This document shows, piece by piece, positions 22,923-32,607 of a stretch of DNA of 64,000 nucleotides. The stretch is from Gammaproteobacteria bacterium. Lineage in GTDB: Bacteria; Pseudomonadota; Gammaproteobacteria; Magnimaribacterales; AG-339-G14. The notes beneath the pieces were generated by a model that saw nothing but the letters and a program-made list of their open reading frames with translations, was not told the DNA's origin and did not search any database. Position 1 is the first letter of the stretch, and each line of letters starts with the position of its first letter. Made by a program: the position numbers and the translations under genes. The stretch covers positions 79,014 through 143,013 of the forward strand of contig BPAJ01000002.1 of assembly GCA_019652555.1 (NCBI GenBank), read 5' to 3'.

Positions 22923-24092
22923 ATGATTGATTCAACTCGTTCAATAAAGGCTTGCGCAGCCTACTATGGGGAAAATGCAGATGAGATGGAAGCTTATTTG
23001 CTAGATGGAGAAAAAAGAGCTTTAGAGTTAGGCAATAGAGGTCCCATTTCATTTGATGAAAATGGAGAGCTATCTAAAGAAATTCGTGAAGCATATTCAA
23101 AAAATGGTTTTTACATTTTTGAAAATGTAATTGATGCCAAAGAACTCGAGGACATCAAAGAGGATCTCGAGCAATTAAGAGAAAATTTTCCTGCTGGACC
23201 AGAGACAACTCTAGATGCAAACGGCAAGCCCGCATTCAATGCAGATTCGAAGGCATTAACCCTAGTGTGGTCAAAACCTCTAGGCGATCCCTTAGGAGGA
23301 ACCGAACTAGCGAATGGTCGACACCAAGTAAAACTCTTTGAGCCTGAAGCTGCTGATGATGCTCCTCAAGCTGTACCGGTTATTTTATTGGGCACTTTGC
23401 AATTTTCAGATGCCTGCCTTCGAACTTATGCTCACCCAAAACTTTTACAGGTCGCAGCGTCCATAAACGGAGAAGATTTTGCTCCGTTCAATGAAGCTTT
23501 ATTCATTAAAGAACCCGGAGTGGGAGCTGCAGTTTCTTGGCATCAGGATGGAGTAACTCATTGGGACAGTAAAGATTTTGATGAAGATATCCATGGCTTT
23601 AATTTCATGGCTCAGGTTTATGGCAGTACTGCGGTAAACGGCGTATGGGTTCTGCCAGGCACACACAAAGATGGAAAAATTGATATTAAAAAGCTGGTTG
23701 CTGAGTCAGGAAGCGAAAGATTGAAAGGCGCTGTCCCCATGATCTGTAACCCAGGTGATGTTGTCATGTGCAACAGACAACTTTTGCATGGTTCGTTTCC
23801 AAATTGTGGCTTTGAAAAAAGAGTAACAGTAAATTTTGGATTTCATAAGAGATCTTCGGTTTTAGGTACCAAAGGAGGCGGCATTCACAGTGAGTCACAA
23901 GTTTTTGATGCAGAAACCATAAATAGAAGATCCAAATCCATTGGCTACGCTATTGAAGCCAGAAAAGCCAAATACAAAGATGAAGAGCCTTATGTTTACA
24001 AGCCGTTTGAAGCATCCAAAACTTCTTATGTGTGGAATGAAAATGCCCGCAAAGATTTAATAGACTACAACTTAGAGGACCTGAGCATATAG
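22923..24092 (+). CDS. Phytanoyl-CoA dioxygenase (PhyH) family Fe(II)/2-oxoglutarate oxygenase
   Basis: 389 aa with VSWHQDGVTHW (H-x-D facial triad) and the distal LLHGSFPN. Confidence 0.65.
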   Translation: MIDSTRSIKACAAYYGENADEMEAYLLDGEKRALELGNRGPISFDENGELSKEIREAYSKNGFYIFENVIDAKELEDIKEDLEQLRENFPAGPETTLDANGKPAFNADSKALTLVWSKPLGDPLGGTELANGRHQVKLFEPEAADDAPQAVPVILLGTLQFSDACLRTYAHPKLLQVAASINGEDFAPFNEALFIKEPGVGAAVSWHQDGVTHWDSKDFDEDIHGFNFMAQVYGSTAVNGVWVLPGTHKDGKIDIKKLVAESGSERLKGAVPMICNPGDVVMCNRQLLHGSFPNCGFEKRVTVNFGFHKRSSVLGTKGGGIHSESQVFDAETINRRSKSIGYAIEARKAKYKDEEPYVYKPFEASKTSYVWNENARKDLIDYNLEDLSI

Positions 24093-24135
24093 CAATTCAG
24101 TTAGGAGCGAATTGAAAAGCTCTTATTAAATCCAA

Positions 24136-25170
24136 ATGTTTAATCTAAAAACTTTATGCCTGATAAGCACATTTCTGTTTTGCAGCATCTTTTACGCAAA
24201 TGCTAGGCCAGAATGGTTTGTTCCTCCGCCTTTAGACCCTTCTGGAGTAGTGCTGGAGACGGTTAAATTACACGATGGAGTTTTTGCTTTAATGTCCAAT
24301 ACTCCTTTTGCAGACAATTCAGGGTTTGTTGTAGGCGACGATGCCGTTTTGGTAATTGATGCTCATTTTACGGGAAATATGGGAAAGCAAATTATTGATG
24401 CCGTGAAAAAGGTTACAGACTTGCCAATAAAGTATTTGGTAAATCTAAATGCATTTGGCGATCATGTTTTTGGTAACTATGTTTTTCCTGAATCTACTGA
24501 AATTATCGCGCATGAAAAGACCATAGATTTTCTCAAGGAAAACTCCTTGCAAAAAAGGAAAGAAATAATTTCGGTTACAGTTGGCGGCAGTACTGAATTA
24601 TTCAGAGATGTTGTAGACAGACTCCCGACTGAGTCTTTTAAGACGAAGAAAAAATTAAATCTAGGAAATAAAATCGTTGAATTGTATTACTTTGGACCTG
24701 GCATGTCGCCAAGTGATACGGTTGTATATGTCCCAGATGCCAGAGCGGCTTGGACAGGAAATTTAATTTTTGGAAAGGGAAGCATTCCATGGGCCAGATC
24801 TGAAATCGTTTCAGACTATTTGAAGTCCATGAAAAATTTTCAAAGAAAAATCGATCCTAAAATTATTGTAGCCGGGCATGGACAAATCTCTGATGGCGAC
24901 ATAGTAGAGAAATATATTTCTTATTTGGATTATGTATTGGAATTTTCAAGATCTCTGAAAAAAGAAGATATTTCAATAGAAGAATATGTAAAAACGTTAA
25001 ATATTCCTCCTGAGTATCTTATCGAGGACGACATTAAAGAGTTGATGGAAGGCTTTCATAAATGGAATGTATTGAACTCTTATAAGCAAGTAACAACATC
25101 TACATCTCAGTTGAAAGACAGGAAAAATTTAGGACAAAAGGTCGCCCGAGACGGTAAAGTTGTTAAATAA
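24136..25170 (+). CDS. Exported MBL-fold protein with degenerate metal-binding motif
   Basis: 344 aa with a signal peptide. MBL-like layout, but the H-x-H-x-D-H block reads NLNAFGDH. Later ligand positions read GPGMSPSD and WTGN; VAGHGQ is retained. Confidence 0.6.
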   Translation: MFNLKTLCLISTFLFCSIFYANARPEWFVPPPLDPSGVVLETVKLHDGVFALMSNTPFADNSGFVVGDDAVLVIDAHFTGNMGKQIIDAVKKVTDLPIKYLVNLNAFGDHVFGNYVFPESTEIIAHEKTIDFLKENSLQKRKEIISVTVGGSTELFRDVVDRLPTESFKTKKKLNLGNKIVELYYFGPGMSPSDTVVYVPDARAAWTGNLIFGKGSIPWARSEIVSDYLKSMKNFQRKIDPKIIVAGHGQISDGDIVEKYISYLDYVLEFSRSLKKEDISIEEYVKTLNIPPEYLIEDDIKELMEGFHKWNVLNSYKQVTTSTSQLKDRKNLGQKVARDGKVVK

Positions 25171-25183
25171 ATATAGAAGAAAA

Positions 25184-25573
25184 ATGAAACTATTCCTGAG
25201 AATCTTGCTAATTTTGTTTTCAATCAACTCGTTTTCCGAAAAAGTCTATTTCATAAACCTTAAAGATGGAGATGAATTAAAATCTCCTTTTCTTATTCAA
25301 TTTGGCTTATCTGGCAAAGGCATTGCTCCTGCAGGAACAGATGTCGATAATACTGGCCATCATCATCTTTTAATAAATGTTGACGAAGTTAACTATTCGA
25401 TGCCCATTCCATCCTCAAAACAACATTTGCATTTTGGTTTAGGGCAAACAGAAACAAAACTTAGTTTGCCACCAGGTAGACACAAGCTTCAATTAATCTT
25501 GGGAGATAAATATCATGTACCCCATGATCCTCCTCTTGTTTCTGAGATTATTGAAGTAAAAGTTATCGAGTAA
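25184..25573 (+). CDS. Exported DUF4399-like protein
   Basis: ATG at 25184 gives the signal peptide MKLFLRILLILFSINSFS. GHHHLLIN and GRHKLQLILGDKYH match my recollection of DUF4399. Confidence 0.55.
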   Translation: MKLFLRILLILFSINSFSEKVYFINLKDGDELKSPFLIQFGLSGKGIAPAGTDVDNTGHHHLLINVDEVNYSMPIPSSKQHLHFGLGQTETKLSLPPGRHKLQLILGDKYHVPHDPPLVSEIIEVKVIE

Positions 25574-25579
25574 AGCATC

Positions 25580-25978
25580 ATGGAAGTAACTCTTCTTTTC
25601 ACCACAGTATTATCTGTATTCATGATAGTTCTTGCTGTAAGGGTTTTAGATCTTAGAGGCAGCCCAGTTACGAAGTCTTTTCATAAACCTGACAGACAAA
25701 TCGATCCAAACGACTTAGAAAGAGCTATTCGGGGGCACGGTAATTTGATTGAGTATGCCCCTTTGTTTTTGATATTAATGTTGGCACTTGAATTAAGCGA
25801 AGCATCGAAAACATTACTTTACGCATGCGGGATTATTTTTACTTTGGGCAGACTGATGCATGGCATAGCATTTTCATTTATGAAGAAAAATGGATACTTA
25901 AGGATTGGCGGCATGTCATTAACTTTTATTGGTTTTTTTGGATTAATTGTTCCAGCCTTAGGGATTATATTTTTTTAA
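25580..25978 (+). CDS. MAPEG family membrane protein
   Basis: 132 aa with 4 TM helices. RAIRGHGNLIEYAPLFL and GRLMHG are typical of MAPEG/MGST-like proteins. A paralog lies at 53086. Confidence 0.7.
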   Translation: MEVTLLFTTVLSVFMIVLAVRVLDLRGSPVTKSFHKPDRQIDPNDLERAIRGHGNLIEYAPLFLILMLALELSEASKTLLYACGIIFTLGRLMHGIAFSFMKKNGYLRIGGMSLTFIGFFGLIVPALGIIFF

Positions 25979-25985
25979 ATCAAAA

Positions 25986-26633
25986 ATGAATTTACTTGCA
26001 GGCTCAACAGGATTCCTTGGAAATAACATTCTCAAAGAACTAGGCTTTAACAAAAGCCCAACTATAGCTCTAGGCAGAAGACCCGTTTCTAATCTGCCAG
26101 ATGATGCAGAAGAGTTAATAATTGATTTTGATAATCTTGAAGGATTGAGGTTTCCGGATATTGATCATGTCTACCTATCCATGGGGTACCCTTTGATTTA
26201 CTTCAATGTGATGGGGCTCATGAGTAAAAGTCTTAAAAAAGACTTTTTCTTGGTAGATTTTACTTATCAGCTAGAAATAGCCAAAAAAGCCAAAGAAGCA
26301 GGTGCGAAAAATATTTCTCTTATTTCGGCAGTAGCAGCAGATTCAAATTCTTGGAATTATTATCTTAAAACCAAGGGTATGCTTGAAGAGGAAATAATCA
26401 AACTTGGTTTTGAAAGTACCAATATTTTTCAACCAGGCCATCTCACAGGAAATAAGTTCAGGCTGGATATACTTTTGGCTGATGCAGTATCTTTAATCTT
26501 TGATCCTTTCTTATTTGGCCCTTTAAAAAAATTCAGAAGCATTTCTGCAGAAAAACTCTCTGTCGCAGTTGTTAAAAATTCTCTGCAAGCAAAAGCAGGC
26601 ATCAATTACTTTGATTACAAAGACTTCATATAA
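25986..26633 (+). CDS. NAD(P)-binding (atypical SDR / HTATIP2-like) protein
   Basis: 215 aa with the glycine-rich N-terminus LLAGSTGFLGNNILKEL. Confidence 0.5.
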   Translation: MNLLAGSTGFLGNNILKELGFNKSPTIALGRRPVSNLPDDAEELIIDFDNLEGLRFPDIDHVYLSMGYPLIYFNVMGLMSKSLKKDFFLVDFTYQLEIAKKAKEAGAKNISLISAVAADSNSWNYYLKTKGMLEEEIIKLGFESTNIFQPGHLTGNKFRLDILLADAVSLIFDPFLFGPLKKFRSISAEKLSVAVVKNSLQAKAGINYFDYKDFI

Positions 26634-26699
26634 AAAGTTCTGAATTAATCTATTGCACATATTTTTTCCTATTGATAATCTCTTTGAGGGAGAGAAACT

Positions 26700-28332
26700 A
26701 TGGAAAAGACTTTTGATTATGTAATTGTTGGAGCTGGAAGCTCTGGATGTGTGATGGCCAACAGGCTTTCAGAAAATGGTAAGAATACGGTATTAATTTT
26801 AGAAGCAGGCGGCAAAGATAGAAATTTCTTTATACACATGCCTTCAGGCTATTCGCAGATTGTGCCAACGAAAAGTAATCTGAATTACGGTTTTGAAACA
26901 GAACCTGAATCAACTACAAACAATAGAAAATTATATTGGCCAAGAGGTAGGGGCTGGGGAGGCTCATCTTCGATAAATGCAATGATTTATATAAGAGGCC
27001 ATGCCCATGATTATGACTTGTGGAGACAAATGGGAAATAGCGGTTGGTCTTATGATGACGTGCTTCCATATTTTAAAAAAGCCGAGTCTTTTAATGGCGA
27101 GGGAGACAAAGACTTTCATGGGTACGACGGACCTTTACATGTAAAGAAATCGGAGAGAGAGGACGATGAATTACTTGATGTTTTTGTAGAGGCAGGAGGA
27201 CAAGCTGGCTTTCCTTTAACCAACGATTTTAATGGTGAAAAGCAAGAAGGCTTTTCAAGGTATGAACATACAATGTATGACACCAAATGGGGCCCCAGAA
27301 GATGGAGCTCTGCTCGAGCATACTTACATCCAGCCTTAAAAAGAAAAAATTTAAGCACAGAGACTAATGTGCAAGTAAATAAAGTACTCTTTGAGGGAAA
27401 AAAAGCTACTGGAGTTGAATATTCTCACAAAGGCAAAACATTGAGTGTCAAGGCAAACAAAGAAGTCATTCTTTCTGCGGGGGCGATAAATTCACCACAA
27501 ATTTTAATGAACAGTGGTATTGGCGATTCTGCAGAACTTAGCGAAACATGGCATATCCATGGTCCACGAATTAAAAGGTGTTGGCAAAAACTTACAAGAT
27601 CACTACGCCGTCATAAATTCTTTTAACTGTACCAAGCCGGTTACCTTGCATAGATCGGCAAGTTTTTTAAGAACGCAATTGTCAGGCTTGCAATATTTGC
27701 TTCTAGGAACAGGGGATGCAGCAAATCCTCCTTCTAGTGGAGGAGCATTTATTAAGTCGAGTCCTGAAAAGGATATTCCTGATACTCAAATTCATTATGC
27801 CTCTTACCAAACATCTGATCTGCATGGTAGAGATGGGATCGATTCAAATCATGGATTTAGTGCAGTAATTTGTATCCTTAGACCGCAAAGCAGAGGGCAT
27901 ATAGAGCTTAAAAGTGCTGATCCAAGTGAAGCACCTCTAATGTATCCCAATTATCTTTCCGAAGAGCAAGATGTTATTGATACAAGAAATGCTTTTAGAG
28001 AATCCAGAAGGGTATTCCTTCAACCTGCTTTTGATGAATACCGAGGAGAAGAATCTAAGCCTGGTCCAGAGGTTAACATCGATAACGATGATGAAGTAGA
28101 TCAATGGATTCGCGATACTGGAGAAACCTTGTATCACCCAGTTGGTACTTGCAAGATGGGCGATGATGACATGGCTGTTGTCGATGACCATTTGAAAGTA
28201 AAAGGTGTTGAAAACTTGAGGGTTATAGACGCATCGATTATGCCAACACTAATTGGAGGCAATACCAATGCACCATCGATTATGATTGCTGAAAAAGCTG
28301 CCGATTTGATTAACCAAGCTTCTGCATCTTAA
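26700..28332 (+). CDS. GMC-family oxidoreductase (choline dehydrogenase-like), interrupted by a 1-nt frameshift near 27534-27541
   Basis: FAD motif [22 protein letters not shown] 26700..27626 loses similarity after [11 protein letters not shown] 27514..28332 in the +1 frame resumes [21 protein letters not shown] and ends with HPVGTCKMG and [10 protein letters not shown]. Confidence 0.85.
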
Positions 28333-28336
28333 AAAA

Positions 28337-28858
28337 ATGAGAAGAATTATCACTGGCCACAACGAAGAGGGAAAATCGGTAATTTCAATAGACGGTCCTC
28401 CAGCAAGATCAATTGGCGAAGAAGCAGGAGGTTTGTTTGAGATTTGGAATACGGATGGATCTGGCTTTGATACAAAATCAAAAACGGATCGTGCGGATAT
28501 AGATATTCTTCTTTCCCCTGTTAAAAGCGGAACCAAGTTTAGATATTTCCAGATAAATCCTATTCCAGAGGGAGTTCCTCAAGAAGCGATTGAAGCAGCT
28601 ACTGCAGAAGCTTTCGAAAAAATAGGCGCTGCCCATCACAGAGTGGATACTTCCAGAAATGCTGCCATGCATGAAACCGACACAATTGATTACATCATTC
28701 TTTTAAAAGGCGATGTAAGTCTGATTCTTGATGAAGAAGAAGTTAAGCTGAAGCCCCATGATGTCGTTGTACAAAGAAGGACCAATCATGCTTGGGTAAA
28801 TCATGGTACCGAGCCTGCTTTGTTGATTGCAGTGCTCATTGACAGCAGTTTGGTTTAA
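28337..28858 (+). CDS. Cupin domain protein
   Basis: 173 aa. The C-terminal block MHETDTIDYIILLKGDVSLILDEEEVKLKPHDVVVQRRTNHAW is a typical cupin fold signature. Confidence 0.6.
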   Translation: MRRIITGHNEEGKSVISIDGPPARSIGEEAGGLFEIWNTDGSGFDTKSKTDRADIDILLSPVKSGTKFRYFQINPIPEGVPQEAIEAATAEAFEKIGAAHHRVDTSRNAAMHETDTIDYIILLKGDVSLILDEEEVKLKPHDVVVQRRTNHAWVNHGTEPALLIAVLIDSSLV

Positions 28859-28941
28859 TAAATTCAAATTTGCATTTACAAAGTACAAAAAAATTGTAAC
28901 AACAGTGTTTTTTCTTTAGACTGCAACTCTTGGGAAAATTT

Positions 28942-29346
28942 ATGAACACGCAACTCTTTACGGATAAACTGGCAATTTCCTTGTCGGCAATTTGTGTATT
29001 GCACTGTCTTTTCATGCCTTCCTTTCTCATTTTATCTTCTTGGTTTGTTGCCTTTTCGATCAATAATGAGTTCATTCATTATGTAATTTTAACTGTTGCT
29101 ATTCCTGTGAGTGCTTTTGCCTTAGTTAGAGGGTATAAAAACCATAACAAATTGTCTTATTTTGTTTTTGGTTCTTTTGGCCTATTTCTATTATCTTTTG
29201 CTGTGCTCACTGCGAGTATTATTGGAGAAATAGGAGAAAAGTCTTTGACCGTATTGGGCTCATTATTTGTTATATACGCCCACTATAAAAATCATCAAGT
29301 TTGTAAAGAATTAAATTGTGATTGTCACAATTTAGAAAGTTCTTAA
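28942..29346 (+). CDS. MerC-domain membrane protein
   Basis: About 134 aa from the ATG at 28942, with 4 TM helices. LSAICVLHCLFMPSFLIL resembles the MerC-family Cys/His motif. No other mer genes are nearby. Confidence 0.55.
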   Translation: MNTQLFTDKLAISLSAICVLHCLFMPSFLILSSWFVAFSINNEFIHYVILTVAIPVSAFALVRGYKNHNKLSYFVFGSFGLFLLSFAVLTASIIGEIGEKSLTVLGSLFVIYAHYKNHQVCKELNCDCHNLESS

Positions 29347-29385
29347 TTTTCTTCTAATAATTTTAAGTTTTTCATAGGAGAAAGT

Positions 29386-29832
29386 ATGTCTATTTTTAAT
29401 AAAATCAAATCAATTACAGCTTTAACTTTTGGAATATTGCTTTTTGGTATTTCATCTATTTTTGGCTTTCAGGTAAGCGGCGAAAGTTTCGACGCAAATT
29501 TCAAAATTTCGTCTTGGACGGCTACTAAAAGCGGAAGCGTAATCACCTCGGAAGGCATAGTCGGTGAAGGCTATGGAAAAGTTTATTTGACTCACACTTT
29601 TAGCTCCAATAACCCAGAAGGGTCTTCTGGCGATTTTGTCGGTCAAGCAAGAACGATAAATAAAGATGGAGAGATGAGATTTGCATCCTTACAAGGCATT
29701 TGGGAAAGAGAGGGAACCATTGTGACTATGTATACTTTGGATGGCGTAACCAATGGCGTGATGAATTATGCTAAAGGTAAGGTCGACCTATTTGCAGGTA
29801 CCCTAAGTTTTAAAGTCTTTCCTATAGAATAA
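29386..29832 (+). CDS. Exported hypothetical protein
   Basis: 148 aa with an N-terminal hydrophobic signal, a beta-rich composition, and an AGGAGA SD. No family recognised. Confidence 0.5.
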   Translation: MSIFNKIKSITALTFGILLFGISSIFGFQVSGESFDANFKISSWTATKSGSVITSEGIVGEGYGKVYLTHTFSSNNPEGSSGDFVGQARTINKDGEMRFASLQGIWEREGTIVTMYTLDGVTNGVMNYAKGKVDLFAGTLSFKVFPIE

Positions 29833-29843
29833 TAATATCGAGC

Positions 29844-30614
29844 ATGGCAAAAATTTTTCTGACGCTTCTTATTTTCTTTGGATCTTGCTTGTCAGCTGAC
29901 GAGCTCATGGCAGCCATTAAGAGTGAATATCGTGATCCTGAAAATATCATTAGGGATGAATTTCGCAATCCTTATGAAACTTTAACTTTTTTTGGAATAG
30001 AGCCCTCAATGAAAGTGGTTGAGCTTTCTCCAGGAGGAGGTTGGTATACAGAAATTCTAGCAAACTACCTAAATAACTCGGGAGAGCTTATAGCAGCTCA
30101 TTTTGATGAGAATTCTAATAGTAATTTTTTAAAAAAAATCAGAAAAAATTTTGAAAAAAAAATGGATTCAAATTCAATATATGAAGGTGTGAAAATTGTT
30201 GACTTAACTTCAGGGCTAACAGAGCCTAGGTCAGCGGATGCTGTTTTGACATTTAGGAATTTACATAATTGGCTGGGCTCCACTATGGATACAATTTTTG
30301 CTAATAGTTTCAAAGCTCTCAAATCAGGAGGAATTTTTGGAGTAGTCGAGCATAGAGCTGAAGCTGGCACTTCAATCCAAAATATGAAGAAAAGCGGATA
30401 TGTGACCGAAGAACATGCCATTGAGATGGCAAAAAAACATGGCTTTGTTTTAGTTTCGAAGTCTGAAATAAATTCAAATCCTAAAGATTTGAAAAGTTAT
30501 GAAAAAGGGGTGTGGACCTTACCTCCGTCGTTAAGATTAAAAGAGAAAAATAAAGCCAAATATCTAGCTATCGGAGAAAGCGACCGCATGACTTTATTGT
30601 TTAAAAAACCCTAA
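29844..30614 (+). CDS. Class I SAM-dependent methyltransferase-like protein with signal peptide
   Basis: 256 aa with signal peptide MAKIFLTLLIFFGSCLSA, motif I-like VVELSPGGGWYTEIL, and GGIFGVVEH. Confidence 0.6.
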   Translation: MAKIFLTLLIFFGSCLSADELMAAIKSEYRDPENIIRDEFRNPYETLTFFGIEPSMKVVELSPGGGWYTEILANYLNNSGELIAAHFDENSNSNFLKKIRKNFEKKMDSNSIYEGVKIVDLTSGLTEPRSADAVLTFRNLHNWLGSTMDTIFANSFKALKSGGIFGVVEHRAEAGTSIQNMKKSGYVTEEHAIEMAKKHGFVLVSKSEINSNPKDLKSYEKGVWTLPPSLRLKEKNKAKYLAIGESDRMTLLFKKP

Positions 30615-30668
30615 GTTTTTTATAAGCTATGAATTGGAAAAATCAAAAAAAATATTTATCATTTTCGA

Positions 30669-31868
30669 ATGCTTAAGAACGAACAACTACGACTCTTAAA
30701 AGGCTTGCTCAATCACTTGGATGCAAAAACCAATGTAGATGCTGGCGGTATTATGCAAACGCCATCAGATACTTATACCAGCAAAGAAAGGTTTGACCTT
30801 GAATGGCAATCTTTTTTTCAAGATTATCCTCAAATAATTGGTATGTCAGGAGACTTGGCAGAACCAAATAGCTTTTTGACCATAGATGATTTTGGCTCTT
30901 CAATTATTGCCACACGAGATGAAAATGGCGTATTTAGGGCATATGCAAATGTTTGCACACACAGAGGAGTTCAAATTGAAAATGAAAAAAGAGGCAATAA
31001 GTCAAAATTCTCCTGCCCATTTCATGGCTGGACTTTTGATAACAAAGGCTCTCTCGTTGGCTATCCTAAAAGCGAACAGTTTGGAAAAATCGATAAATCT
31101 TGTTACGGATTAGCTGAGCTTCCAAGTATAGAAAAATATGGTTTTCTATGGGTTCATCCTAATAAAGAAGGAAAAATAGACTTGTCAAAATTGCTTGGTG
31201 AAAAATTAGAAAAAGAATTTAAGGCTTGGAGTTTTGACAGATTAATTCTTTCTAATGAAGAAGCTTATGAAACTGATATGAATTGGAAACTTGCAATTGA
31301 TACTTTTGGAGAAACTTATCATTTTTCAGTTTTACACAAAGATTCTCTCTTCCAGTCTTTTCATGGTAATTGTCAGATGTTTGATAGCTTTGAAAGAAAT
31401 GGAAGGCTGATCTTATGCAAAAGAGATATTGATGAAATGAGAAAATTGCCTGAGCAAGATTGGAACATTTGTACCGGTACCTTGCCAGTCTATTATTTAT
31501 TTCCAAATATAATATTTATGCCAACACCGGAAGGAGCTTTTTTAGTGAGAGAATATCCGCTTGAAAATTCTCCTCATAAAAGTGTTTCAAAAATTTCCTT
31601 TTACTTTTATCCCGAGGCACTCGAAGCTGCTGAGAAAATGGGCGTTTCTCCAGAAACAGGCCAAAATCCTTTAGAAGAACTTTACAGCGCTTTCGGCAGC
31701 GTTATCAGAGATGAAGATTATGTAGCGGCGGCATCTTCACATAAAGGATTGCAATCAGGAAACTTAAACTTTTTAACTTTTGGCAGGAATGAGCCGGCAT
31801 TACATCATTATCACAATACGTACAGAGAGGCTTTAGGCTTGCAAAAACTTCCAATAATCGAATCTTAA
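30669..31868 (+). CDS. Rieske [2Fe-2S] ring-hydroxylating oxygenase alpha subunit
   Basis: 399 aa with the Rieske motif CTHRGVQIENEKRGNKSKFSCPFHGW (C-x-H...C-x-x-H) and a catalytic domain containing ETYHFSVLH. Confidence 0.85.
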   Translation: MLKNEQLRLLKGLLNHLDAKTNVDAGGIMQTPSDTYTSKERFDLEWQSFFQDYPQIIGMSGDLAEPNSFLTIDDFGSSIIATRDENGVFRAYANVCTHRGVQIENEKRGNKSKFSCPFHGWTFDNKGSLVGYPKSEQFGKIDKSCYGLAELPSIEKYGFLWVHPNKEGKIDLSKLLGEKLEKEFKAWSFDRLILSNEEAYETDMNWKLAIDTFGETYHFSVLHKDSLFQSFHGNCQMFDSFERNGRLILCKRDIDEMRKLPEQDWNICTGTLPVYYLFPNIIFMPTPEGAFLVREYPLENSPHKSVSKISFYFYPEALEAAEKMGVSPETGQNPLEELYSAFGSVIRDEDYVAAASSHKGLQSGNLNFLTFGRNEPALHHYHNTYREALGLQKLPIIES

Positions 31869-31869
31869 G

Positions 31870-32604
31870 ATGATAGATTTATATTATGCTCCAACCCCGA
31901 ATGGCTGGAAAATATCCATCATGCTTGAAGAATGTGAAATGGATTATCAGGTCGTACCGGTAAATCTTGGCAAAGGCGATCAATTTACCCCAGAATTTTT
32001 AAAAATTAGCCCAAACAACAGAATGCCTGTGATTGTAGATCACGAAAATATTATTAATGGAGAGCCAATGAGCATTTTTGAGTCCGGAGCCATATTGATG
32101 TATCTGGGAGAAAAAGCTGGAAAATTTTTCCCCCAAAAATCTCCAGAGAGAGAAAAGGTTTTAGAGTGGTTGTTTTGGCAAGTAGGTGGATTAGGACCTA
32201 TGGCCGGCCAAGTAAGTCATTTCGTTAACTACGCACCAAATTTTCCGGGAGATCATTCTTACTCAGAAGAAAGATATAAAAATGAATACGATAGATTGCT
32301 TGGCGTAATGGATAGAATTCTTAATGAGCGAGAATACTTAGCTGGCGATTATTCCATTGCCGACATGGCATCTTTTCCCTGGGTAACTGCCTATAAAAGA
32401 TATGAAGTAAATTTGGATTTATTCGCGAACGTCCGTAGATGGTTTGATGCAATTAAAGCCAGGCCTGCTGTTCGCAGAGGAATTGATGTGGGTAAGGAAG
32501 CCAGAAATTTTGGTGAAGGCATTTCTAAAGAAAGTTTAAAGACCATGTTTAAACAAGATGCCAAAAGCATTGCTGAAATGGCAAAGAAAAAAGAAAAAGA
32601 ATAA
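31870..32604 (+). CDS. yfcG: Glutathione S-transferase family protein, YfcG-like
   Basis: The N-terminus MIDLYYAPTPNGWKISIMLEECEMDYQVVPVNLGKGDQFTPEFLKISPNNRMPVIVDH closely parallels E. coli YfcG. Starts 1 nt after the Rieske gene stop. Confidence 0.75.
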   Translation: MIDLYYAPTPNGWKISIMLEECEMDYQVVPVNLGKGDQFTPEFLKISPNNRMPVIVDHENIINGEPMSIFESGAILMYLGEKAGKFFPQKSPEREKVLEWLFWQVGGLGPMAGQVSHFVNYAPNFPGDHSYSEERYKNEYDRLLGVMDRILNEREYLAGDYSIADMASFPWVTAYKRYEVNLDLFANVRRWFDAIKARPAVRRGIDVGKEARNFGEGISKESLKTMFKQDAKSIAEMAKKKEKE

Positions 32605-32607
32605 ATC

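Noticed and set aside
28942-29346. Mercury-resistance (mer) operon.
   Set aside because: Only a MerC-domain membrane protein is present. No merR, merT, merP or merA is nearby, so it should not be called a mer operon.
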